Part shown: positions 18,970 through 29,220 of the stretch, in pieces | Numbering within the stretch: the stretch's first letter is position 1 | Layout: every line of letters begins with the position of its first letter | Origin: the human T2T-CHM13v2.0 reference genome, Homo sapiens | Length of the DNA stretch: 64,000 nucleotides | Reading direction: 5' to 3' (one strand) | Assembly: GCF_009914755.1 (NCBI RefSeq) | Contig: NC_060940.1 | The notes under the pieces: generated by a model | What the model was told of the DNA's origin: nothing | Seen by the model: the letters and a program-made list of their open reading frames with translations, nothing else | Database searches by the model: none | Translations under genes and position numbers: made by a program

Positions 18970-19896
18970 TGATAGTGGTGCCGGAGGAGACAGGTTGTGT
19001 TTTTATCTTGTGGCCTGGGTAGTGTCCTGGGACCCTCTGCCCCATCTGAGTCAAGTGTTGTGGGATAAAGGAATCTCTCAGGGCGAGGAGCTTCTTAAGT
19101 TAAATCGGTAGAAATTTAGGCATGACATGGGCCTTCAAATGTGTGAGGAGCTGTATCATTTTATTTCTCGGTGTGTTTTCCCCAACTTCTAGTTGATAAA
19201 AAAAAAATTCTTAAAGAGTTTTCGTATGTGGGAGCTAAGGTGGTCTTGTAAAATTTCAAGTCATCCTTAAATAAAATGACCCGCCTGAGAACTTGCTCCC
19301 GCTAAGTGGCGAAATCAACTGGAGTTGGTTCCTACAAGTTTTGTTTATTCTAGTTTTGTTTGTAAGTAGGTTGTGTGAGTTAATTCATGGATATTTACTA
19401 TATGTCTTTTAAATTAGAAAACATTTGTTATTATGTATGTCCTTTTAGATTTTACCTGCAGCTCATACTTTGAAATCATCACCCAGTAGTGTCTTACTCT
19501 AGCATCGTCTAAATCTGAGCATCATCTGGTGGAATCTTAAATTTCAGTAGAAACCACGAGTTATTAATACATCTTCCACTCAAGTATCAATTTCAGAAGG
19601 AAACGTAAATGAATATTCTAAATAAGGCTAATTTGTATTAATCTGCCTTTATGTTTGAGGGAAAAAAAGCTGAGACATTGCATGAAAGATGATGCAGGAT
19701 ATACGCTGATCTTTTGGCCCCAATGAGCTATTTGAACATTGTCCTGTTTATTGTTAGTTTTCTTCATCATTTATTATATGGTCAATTTTTGAATTCCTGT
19801 AATATGAAACCTTATTCTATCTTTTAACTTACTGTTACCTAAAGTTAGTAAGTCCAGATTATATGGTCATTCAAAAAAAAAAAAAAAAAGAAAAGA
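18970..19896 (+). pseudogene. 5'-truncated processed retrocopy consisting only of 3'UTR, recognised as RRM2 3'UTR
   Basis: Poly(A) tail from 19873 and 12-bp TSD AAAAGAAATCCC (18958-18969 and 19897-19908). The body 'gacaggttgtgtttttatc...gtgttgtgggataaaggaatctctcaggg...gtgggagctaagg...aaagctgagacattgcatgaaagatgatg' matches my recollection of the RRM2 mRNA 3'UTR. Confidence 0.8.
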
Positions 19897-22264
19897 AAAA
19901 GAAATCCCCCACAGTTCCATTTATTAAATAAGTAAACCCCAATAATAAGCATTTGTGTCCTGGCAACTTATAGTGGATGTCTAGAAAAGTAATACATAAA
20001 GAGAAATGTTCATGTTATTTGTTTAGTCATGGGATGTGTGTGCCTGTCGAGCACCTCTTCAACTTGGAATCTGGTAGAACACCGCCACCCTCATTGCCTC
20101 ATTTTTCCACGTCGACCTTCACAGTAATTGCTTGTTCAGTGACTGCCACAACCCAGCCTGGCAGAGAGAGGGAAGATACCCTATAAAGCAAGGTAACGTT
20201 AATGTTGAGACCATGAATGGCCTTGAGCAGAGCAGAGTATCATTGCTTCCTTCAAAATTCAGAAGGATCTGATGGTGCTCTGTGAGTTCATGGGGGTGCC
20301 TCCGTGCAGGTTGGAAACCACAGCTGTGCGTCCTTCCCGCTTTCCCTCTTGATCAGTAGAAGGGTACCCTCCCTGGCCTGCACGTCGCTGGGTCACACAA
20401 CACTGGCTGTCGTTGCACAAAGCCACGGCCACCAGCGTTCCTTTGAGGCCATTTGTTTCCAGCCATGGTGCCTATAGGATTTTTCCTTTATCCTGTAATT
20501 TCAGCCAAATCAGAGCATGTGACCTGGCTTAGATGTCAATATAATTGTTGTTATGTGCTCTTTTCCCTTCCTGTGTCTGTGACAGGTTTAATTTAACCTG
20601 AGAAGGCTGCAGATCCTCGGGGTTGGTGTAAAAACACCTCATCCTGATCTGAGAAGGCGGTCAGCTTTTCTCCTCGTTGCCGTTGGCTGCCAGCACCCAT
20701 TCTCTGTGGATGTGAAAATCCCAGAAGGGCTGGGCTTCCTTCTTGGGCATTCCCCAGGCCTATCTCCAGAGTGGGGCCCAGCATGGGAGGATTGTACCCC
20801 ACTCACTCCCCTGATGTGGGGCTTGGACCTACAGCTCGACAGCACCCATGGAATGTGGGCAGAAGCGACAGCAGCCAGCTCCGCCTTGGCCTTAGGGCGG
20901 CACGTGTTCTGCTTGTGCCCTGGGAGCCTCCACCTTCCACACTGTGGGAAGAGGGTGCCCAGGGAGCTGCAGTCTCTCCAGCCCAGCCCCAGGACGAGGC
21001 CCAGGCAGCAGAGCCACCCCAGCAGACCTGGCAGTGTGAGAGAAATGCATGTGTATACACTGAGTTTGCAGGTGGCTGTTACATGGCAGCATTGACTGAC
21101 ACAGACAGAAAAGAGATCCACGAGGGAGAAGTGAGAGTGCTGGAGACTCCACAAGCCACAGGCTGCAGGGGCAGGATGGCTTCTTAGAAGGTGAAATGAT
21201 TGTTCTGGGAATCTATCAGAGGAAGACATAGAGGCTCCAGACGGTTGAAGGCCCAACAGTGATCCCAGACGGGCCCCATGTCAGACCAGGCTCCTCCAGG
21301 GCTGTGCTGCCCTCACCAAAGCCCGTCCTGAGGGCAGCCACACAGCAGGCAGCACTCGCCATTTGTACAAGCGAGGCCCAAGTTCCAGCCTTCCTTCTGG
21401 CAGGTAGAGGAAGCAGGGGCACTATGCCTGGGAGTTCCTGAAAGCAGATGGGGCAGCATTTGGTCAAGAGCCAGGAGGGGATGACAGACCAGAGGGGAAC
21501 CCTCGTCCCACGTGCTGAGCACACGTAGGGGGTTGGGCACTTGCTCTGTGAGCTATAATTGGTGTCCCTGTGCCCCGCCGGAAGCTGCACCAGGCAGTTT
21601 CTTGGTGGAGGACAGTGGCCGCCCTCTAGCTTTACTCCCTTCCCCGTGATGGGTCGCTGTCAGATGTGTGTCCAGGAAAGGCAAACACCAAAGGCAGAGG
21701 ACTAGTCCCTACACCGAATACTCCGGTGGCCTTGCTTGGGGGCTGGGTTTTGACGTGCTGGAGGCTGTCCTAGACTTAGAGATTAAAAACAGGGAAGAAC
21801 CATTGCTGAAACCTTTGGAAAAGCCTGCAATGGGGCCTCTGGCAGCCTGAGGAGTGGTGGTGTTTCCATCTGGTAGACGCCGTCTCAATAGGAGGGACAG
21901 ATGAGTGCACCAGTGCTGCCAGCCAGAGGCGTCTGTTGGCGTGTCTTTATGGAATGGGGTGCCAGTCTTGTGGAGGGTGGTTTACCTTCCTGTTTCTAGT
22001 CCCCACTGGGCCTGCCTTCTGCTTCATGGCCAGCTGGCCAGACCGAGCACTTTCCTGACTTTCGACCTTGGCCCCTGCTGACTCTTGCCGTTGAGGCCTC
22101 CTGCAGACCCCATTTGTATTCATTTCCTGCAGTTCTCATACCTGAATCCCGCCTGGACTTCTGCCAAGCCTTCCAGGCCCTCCTCCCCCAGGGGGACCAC
22201 AGATGCTACGTGCAGGGCTGTCCTTGGAGGGCCAGCACAGCCCCTTCCAAGTGGGCAAGACCCA

Positions 22265-22662
22265 GGGGTGGCTCAAAAGATAGCTGTGCCCTAGCCCTGG
22301 AACCTCTGAATGTTGATTTTTGTAGCAAAAAAGGACTTGCAGATGTGAGTAAAGGCTGTTGAGATAAGGACATCCTCCCTGCTCTCTGGGAGGACCCCAA
22401 ATGCAGGTGCACAGATCTTAAGAAGAAGAGGCAGAGACTGGGGTGATGCAGCCACAACTAAGGAAAGCCAAGGATTGCTGGCAGCCTGCAGAAACTGGAG
22501 GGCAAGGAGCATCCCCCAACCGCCCGGAGCCTCCAGGAGGCGCAAGGTCCTACTGACTCCCTGACTTCAGACGTCCAGTCTCCGGAATTTTGAGAGGATC
22601 CATTTCTGTTATTTTAAGCAACCAAACTTGTGGTAGTTTCACCAGTCTCAGGAAATGAATAC
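22265..22662 (+). mobile_element. MaLR LTR (MLT1C/D-like)
   Basis: 'ggaacctctgaatgt...acttgcagatgtgag...gaggcagagactggggtgatgcagccac...gccaaggattgctggcag...atttctgttattttaagc...ttgtggtagttt...ggaaatgaatac'. Confidence 0.75.
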
Positions 22663-22695
22663 GAATGGAAAGTCAAAGATTCCAAGAAATGAGTG

Positions 22696-23402
<707 letters not shown>

Positions 23403-24082
23403 AGAACCAAGAAATTACTGGACCTGAGGCCTGGCCTTTAGCTGCTGCCCTGCCCTTGTGACCTGGTCACTCGGGATCCCCTGGGCCTAAACACACAGCC
23501 TATTGTCTACCTCAAGAAGGCTCCCCACTGCTTGGCTGGCAATTGGGGTGGGCTTTGCAGGCCCCACCTGTCCTGGCCCCACGGCGCTGGTGCTGCAGGC
23601 CCCCACCACTGCTTGTTCCGAGCTCCCCAGCCTCCTGCAGAGTTGCCTGCACCTGATGGCGATGAATCAGGAAGGCAGGCGTGTCCTGGGCCACAGAGCA
23701 GTCATGGCTGTCAGCCACCAGGGGGCTCCATTTGCAACTTTGGATGTGGCTTTGGCCTCTTTGTCCAAAGTGACCTTGGGGCCCCCAGACAAGAGACAGG
23801 GAGACTGGAGCCCAGCCCCACCCTCCCGCACATACCTGGCCCATCCCTGCCCTATCCTGGAAGATGGGGGCCACCACACGTGCAAGGGACACGGGATAGG
23901 AACCTTTGGCCTTGTTATCAGACATTTTAAAACTAAGTGCAAACGTGATTATCAGGTGCAGTTTTTACAGCAGCAAGAAACCTGTGCTTACAGAAAGAAA
24001 CACGTGCTAGCAACCCACCTATGCGGAAAGCCACACAGAGCCATTGTTTTCTGCACTCTCAGGTGACGGCTCACATTTGCCC

Positions 24083-24115
24083 CAGGGAAGGTCACAGCTG
24101 CCTGAACTTTTAAAA
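24083..24115 (+). promoter_or_regulatory. DNASE1: DNASE1 proximal promoter: TC-box/E-box (PTF1-type) element and TATA-like TTTTAAAA
   Basis: CAGGGAAGGTCACAGCTG at 24083-24100 and TTTTAAAA at 24108-24115, about 30 nt upstream of the presumed start of exon 1. Confidence 0.55.
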
Positions 24116-24139
24116 CTCCCAGACACGCACTGCCTGTGC

Positions 24140-24311
24140 AGGATCCGGAGCCCAGCAGCACTGCCAGGGCCTTGAAGTGCTTCTTCAGAGACCTTTCTTC
24201 ATAGACTACTTTTTTTTCTTTAAGCAGCAAAAGGAGAAAATTGTCATCAAAGGATATTCCAGATTCTTGACAGCATTCTCGTCATCTCTGAGGACATCAC
24301 CATCATCTCAG
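24140..24311 (+). other. DNASE1: DNASE1 non-coding exon 1 (5'UTR); start approximate
   Basis: Matches the known DNASE1 5'UTR (ccttgaagtgcttcttcagagacc...catcatctcag); donor CAG|GTGAGC at 24311/24312. Confidence 0.8.
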
Positions 24312-24640
24312 GTGAGCACCAGGTGGAGTGCCTCTGGGTGACTGGCCGGTTTGGAGCAGGGAGGGAGGCTTAGAGTCTCATCCTCCAGCAGCGAGTGAGG
24401 CGGAGGCTCCAGCGTCCCTCCCGGGCGGGTTTTCTGGTGGATGGAGGAGTGACTCGGGGTCCTCTACGTGGTGCCAGCTGTTTGGCTTTCTGGACGTTGT
24501 AGGAAAGGGTTTCCCCCGCCTGCGTCCCCCTGACCTTGAGCTCCACCAGCCCCTGCCAGCTGGGCTCCAGAAGGCTGGAGTGCTGTGGCAGGGATGACGT
24601 CTCACTTCTGTTATGTCTCTGTGCCCTGTGCTCTCCCAGG

Positions 24641-24787
24641 ATGAGGGGCATGAAGCTGCTGGGGGCGCTGCTGGCACTGGCGGCCCTACTGCAGGGGGCC
24701 GTGTCCCTGAAGATCGCAGCCTTCAACATCCAGACATTTGGGGAGACCAAGATGTCCAATGCCACCCTCGTCAGCTACATTGTGCAG
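24641..24787 (+). CDS. DNASE1: Deoxyribonuclease 1, exon 2 (signal peptide and mature N-terminus LKIAAFNIQTFG)
   Basis: MRGMKLLGALLALAALLQGAVSLKIAAFNIQTFGETKMSNATLVSYIVQ; acceptor ccag|G at 24639/24640; donor GT at 24788. Confidence 0.98.
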
Positions 24788-25115
24788 GTGAGGCCAGGGC
24801 AGCCTCCCCCCAAAAGCAGAGGAGCTCTGGAGTCTAGGGCTGGTGGGCAGGGCCAGCCCTATGGAGCCACAGGGTGTCGGGTGTGGGGTACTGAGCACCA
24901 CTGCTCCCAGCACGGTGGAACAGGCTCTTGGCTGTGGACCAAGGTCCTCATCCCTGCTGTGCTGTCCCTGGCTGGCAGCAGGAGCCCAGGCAGAAACATG
25001 AGGCTGCGGTTAAACCGAGCAATGCCACGAGCATCAGCTGTGGCTCCCTTTGTGGCGCTGTAGGGTCCCTGGGTGGCACCAGCCCTGCTCAGCACCACTG
25101 TGGCCCTGCCCCCAG

Positions 25116-25204
25116 ATCCTGAGCCGCTATGACATCGCCCTGGTCCAGGAGGTCAGAGACAGCCACCTGACTGCCGTGGGGAAGCTGCTGGACAACCTCA
25201 ATCA
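25116..25204 (+). CDS. DNASE1: DNASE1 exon 3
   Basis: ILSRYDIALVQEVRDSHLTAVGKLLDNLN; AG/GT boundaries, 89 nt. Confidence 0.97.
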
Positions 25205-25368
25205 GTGGGTGACAGTGGCAGGGTCATAGGAAGGTGACATCTCGTCCACGGCACAGCCTCACTTCACTTGGGCCCCAAGGGTGGGGACCTGGGCACAGCC
25301 TCGCTATCGGCAGCCAGAGGGGTCCCCTATGGCCCCCGCCACTGGGACCTTTTGTTTCTTCAATCCAG

Positions 25369-25452
25369 GGATGCACCAGACACCTATCACTACGTGGTCA
25401 GTGAGCCACTGGGACGGAACAGCTATAAGGAGCGCTACCTGTTCGTGTACAG
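25369..25452 (+). CDS. DNASE1: DNASE1 exon 4
   Basis: DAPDTYHYVVSEPLGRNSYKERYLFVY; 84 nt, AG/GT. Confidence 0.97.
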
Positions 25453-25597
25453 GTGGGTGGTCTAGAAAGCCAGGAAGCCCCTCCCTCACCTGGGAGGGCC
25501 CCAACAGAGCAGGGAAGTAGTTTGTCCTATTAGTTTGTCCTATGGCAAGAACCTGAGGCTTCAGAGCAGGGTCCAGGGTGGAGTGAAAACACCCCAA

Positions 25598-25821
25598 GGT
25601 CCCGGACCAATGGGTTGAGCAGGTGCCTGGCTCCCCCGCCCTCCTGTCGCCTGGGTCCCGGACCAATGGGTTGAGCAGGTGCCTGGCTCCCCCGCCCTCC
25701 TGTCGCCTGGGTCCCGGACCAATGGGTTGAGCAGGTGCCTGGCTCCCCCGCCCTCCTGTCGCCTGGGTCCCGGACCAATGGGTTGAGCAGGTGCCTGGCT
25801 CCCCCGCCCTCCTGTCGCCTG
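25598..25821. repeat. 56-bp VNTR in DNASE1 intron 4 (HumDN1), 4 identical copies
   Basis: Unit ggtcccggaccaatgggttgagcaggtgcctggctcccccgccctcctgtcgcctg starting at 25598, 25654, 25710 and 25766. Confidence 0.97.
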
Positions 25822-25904
25822 GGACGCGACGCCTGCCTCCTGGGAAGCAGGAGTGGGGCAGCTTCCAGCCTGGGGTCACCTCCTCCTGCCCGGCCTTCCC
25901 GCAG

Positions 25905-26020
25905 GCCTGACCAGGTGTCTGCGGTGGACAGCTACTACTACGATGATGGCTGCGAGCCCTGCGGGAACGACACCTTCAACCGAGAGCCAGCCATTGTCAG
26001 GTTCTTCTCCCGGTTCACAG
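25905..26020 (+). CDS. DNASE1: DNASE1 exon 5
   Basis: PDQVSAVDSYYYDDGCEPCGNDTFNREPAIVRFFSRFT (C-x2-C loop, NDT sequon); 116 nt. Confidence 0.97.
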
Positions 26021-26265
26021 GTGGGTGCTGCCTGGGCCAGGGTGGGGCTCGGCTTGGCGCTTATGGCCTCCACCCCCTCCTAGGGAACCTGGAATGCCTG
26101 TGTCACACACTGCCCTCCCAGTCCCTGGGGCTTGGGTTTTCCATTCAAGTCATTTGGAAAATATCCACCCCCCGGGGGGACTGTCATGATACATAGTTCC
26201 AGCTGACATGGTGACTGAACCTGCCCCCAGGGAGTGTGCCTCACACGACGTGGCTGTCTCCACAG

Positions 26266-26378
26266 AGGTCAGGGAGTTTGCCATTGTTCCCCTGCATGCG
26301 GCCCCGGGGGACGCAGTAGCCGAGATCGACGCTCTCTATGACGTCTACCTGGATGTCCAAGAGAAATGGGGCTTGGAG
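26266..26378 (+). CDS. DNASE1: DNASE1 exon 6 (catalytic His in PLHAAP)
   Basis: VREFAIVPLHAAPGDAVAEIDALYDVYLDVQEKWGLE; 113 nt. Confidence 0.97.
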
Positions 26379-26453
26379 GTGAGGCCCTCCCAGGGGCAGT
26401 GGGCACCAGCGGCCTCCGCATGTCCCAGGGCCACAGGCAGCGTTTCCTGGTAG

Positions 26454-26608
26454 GACGTCATGTTGATGGGCGACTTCAATGCGGGCTGCAGCTATGTGAG
26501 ACCCTCCCAGTGGTCATCCATCCGCCTGTGGACAAGCCCCACCTTCCAGTGGCTGATCCCCGACAGCGCTGACACCACAGCTACACCCACGCACTGTGCC
26601 TATGACAG
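26454..26608 (+). CDS. DNASE1: DNASE1 exon 7
   Basis: [51 protein letters not shown] (GDFN motif); 155 nt. Confidence 0.97.
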
Positions 26609-26986
26609 GTGAGCAGGGCCTCGCGCTTAGGGCAGACTGAGGGCACCTCCAAGGGCAGCCGTGACTCATAGGTCGGGCTTCAGAAGCCTCAAAGCCTTTG
26701 AACACTCACCCAACTGAGCTTCAGTTGATCCACTACAGGGAACAGAATAACAAGAGCCACGATTTTTAGGTTTTTTCGGAAAAGCACATCTGGGGATAAG
26801 AGGAGAGGCAGACACCTAGGCTGTCATGTGGTTTCCACATTGAGGGGCACAGACCAGGGTGTGCAGTTTTGGGCACCCACAGACCTGCACTGGCAGGTCC
26901 CAGGGCTCTTAGTTTAGTTCCTGCGGGTGCTGAGCCAGGCCCATGTGTGAAAGGGGAACCTACTTTCTCTTCCCAACACCCATCAG

Positions 26987-27083
26987 GATCGTGGTTGCAG
27001 GGATGCTGCTCCGAGGCGCCGTTGTTCCCGACTCGGCTCTTCCCTTTAACTTCCAGGCTGCCTATGGCCTGAGTGACCAACTG
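26987..27083 (+). CDS. DNASE1: DNASE1 exon 8
   Basis: IVVAGMLLRGAVVPDSALPFNFQAAYGLSDQL; 97 nt. Confidence 0.97.
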
Positions 27084-27172
27084 GTATGTGTCCTCCCTTG
27101 CACAGCCACATGAGGATGGGACACAGGAGCTCAGGTAGGCTCAGCCCAGACCCTGTGCCCACTTGCCTGCAG

Positions 27173-27220
27173 GCCCAAGCCATCAGTGACCACTATCCAG
27201 TGGAGGTGATGCTGAAGTGA
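27173..27220 (+). CDS. DNASE1: DNASE1 exon 9 coding part (SDHYP motif, stop)
   Basis: AQAISDHYPVEVMLK*; coding exons total 849 nt = 282 aa plus TGA. Confidence 0.97.
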   Translation, partial: AQAISDHYPVEVMLK

Positions 27221-27320
27221 GCAGCCCCTCCCCACACCAGTTGAACTGCAGGAAGAGAGGACCCATCCTGCCACAGGACCCAGAAAAAAAGCCCAACACA
27301 CACTCGGGTTAAGAAATACC

Positions 27321-27326
27321 TTTAAA
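27321..27326 (-). terminator. TRAP1: Probable non-canonical TRAP1 poly(A) signal (TTTAAA)
   Basis: No AATAAA on the - strand in the proximal 3'UTR. TTTAAA lies ~17 nt upstream of a GU/U-rich tract (minus strand gtgtgtgttgggcttttttt, 27303-27284). Confidence 0.55.
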
Positions 27327-27334
27327 TTTAGGTA

Positions 27335-27340
27335 AATAAA
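27335..27340 (+). terminator. DNASE1: DNASE1 polyadenylation signal AATAAA
   Basis: AATAAA ~115 nt after the stop; GT-rich element at ~27365-27380. Confidence 0.85.
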
Positions 27341-27395
27341 GCTCAAGGAGGTGGGGCTGTCATCTGTGGTGTCAGTCCTTCTGGCCCCCTGGCTG

Positions 27396-27497
27396 TCAGT
27401 GTCGCTCCAGGGCCTTGACAAGCAGCTCATTCAAGCGGCCCACCATGGCCCTAGGGTCGTCAACAAGTCCAGCAGCAATCATGGCGTTCTCGTATAT
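27396..27497 (-). CDS. TRAP1: TRAP1 (mitochondrial HSP90/HSP75) exon 18, C-terminus
   Basis: [33 protein letters not shown]; no MEEVD, as expected for TRAP1. Confidence 0.97.
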   Translation of the reverse strand: MYENAMIAAGLVDDPRAMVGRLNELLVKALERH

Positions 27498-27548
27498 CTG
27501 AAAGGCAAGAGGAGAAACCCATTATGAGGGGCATGGGGCACCTTTTCA

Positions 27549-27971
<423 letters not shown>

Positions 27972-28059
27972 TTAGAGGAAACCGCTGTTCCACCCTGAAG
28001 GCAGGCTGGCAGGGCTGGTAGCCTGGGTCCCTGCAGTCATCCTAAGCTGCTGCACTCAC

Positions 28060-28132
28060 CTGATCCACCAGCAGCTGAGCCAGGCCAGGCTCGCTTGCGC
28101 GCAGCTGATTCAGCTTCTTGATGAGCGCGTGC
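28060..28132 (-). CDS. TRAP1: TRAP1 exon 17
   Basis: [24 protein letters not shown]; 73 nt, AG/GT. Confidence 0.96.
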
Positions 28133-29016
28133 CTGCAACACAGAACCCACCAGAAAAAGCAGCTCAGTACCACGTGCTGTGACCCTCCCTTCATGTTTTG
28201 GGATTATCAGGATATTTAAAGAAGCACAGTAAGACTGTCTGTAGTTTTTTAAATAAGGTATGTTAATGATCATTTATAGATAATATCATTATATACCCAG
28301 AAAACCCAAGAGAATCAGGAGTGTCAGTATTAGAAAATGCTGTAAGGTAGCCAAACTCCAAGATTAATATACACTAAAGGGACAAAAGGAGCTTAGTACG
28401 TGAAGACATGCCTTGGTTCCTAGATAAATAATAAAAGAGAAGGGAGTAAGACCCACATGTTGAAACATATTATAGGGCTCTAGTAAATAAAACAGTTTAG
28501 GTCTGGAAAGGGGGAAGGCAAACAACTCCATGTAACGAGGGTGGACACTGAGTGTCTGATGAGGACAGTATTTCACAGAAGAGGGAGGAGACAGATCACT
28601 CCATCCAGCAGCACTGGGATGACTGGGAGCCATGCAGAAAACCATTTAGACCAGAGTAAATTCCAGAGGGATCAAAGATGACAAGCACAATTCTAGGGAA
28701 GAAATGTTTCATCATCTCAGAAGGGGAAAGCCTTTCCAAGCAAAACCACAAACCAAAAAGTAAAGAATGATTGACATATTTGACGTCAGAACAATATTTT
28801 TTTCTGCATAGGAAAAAGCATCATGTAGTATTTAACCTTAACATGAATATTATAATTTTTCACTTAGAAGTCTGATAAAACCGAGGGCTCTGGGGAACTG
28901 TAAATTTGTACAACCTCTCCAGAGGACAACTGGAGTCGGGAAAACCACATGTGGATGATATGCTGAGACTCAGCCATTCCATTTCCTAACTGCATCCCTT
29001 TAAACACTTTTTTTTT

Positions 29017-29220
<204 letters not shown>

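Noticed and set aside
20639-21256. 205-aa minus-strand ORF
   Set aside because: No homology I can recognise; the region may be part of a non-coding antisense transcript, but coding status is unsupported
25304-25879. 191-aa repetitive minus-strand ORF, and the CRISPR-like look of the 56-bp array
   Set aside because: The ORF is a by-product of the stop-poor VNTR. The units are contiguous with no unique spacers, and this is eukaryotic intronic DNA, so it is not CRISPR.
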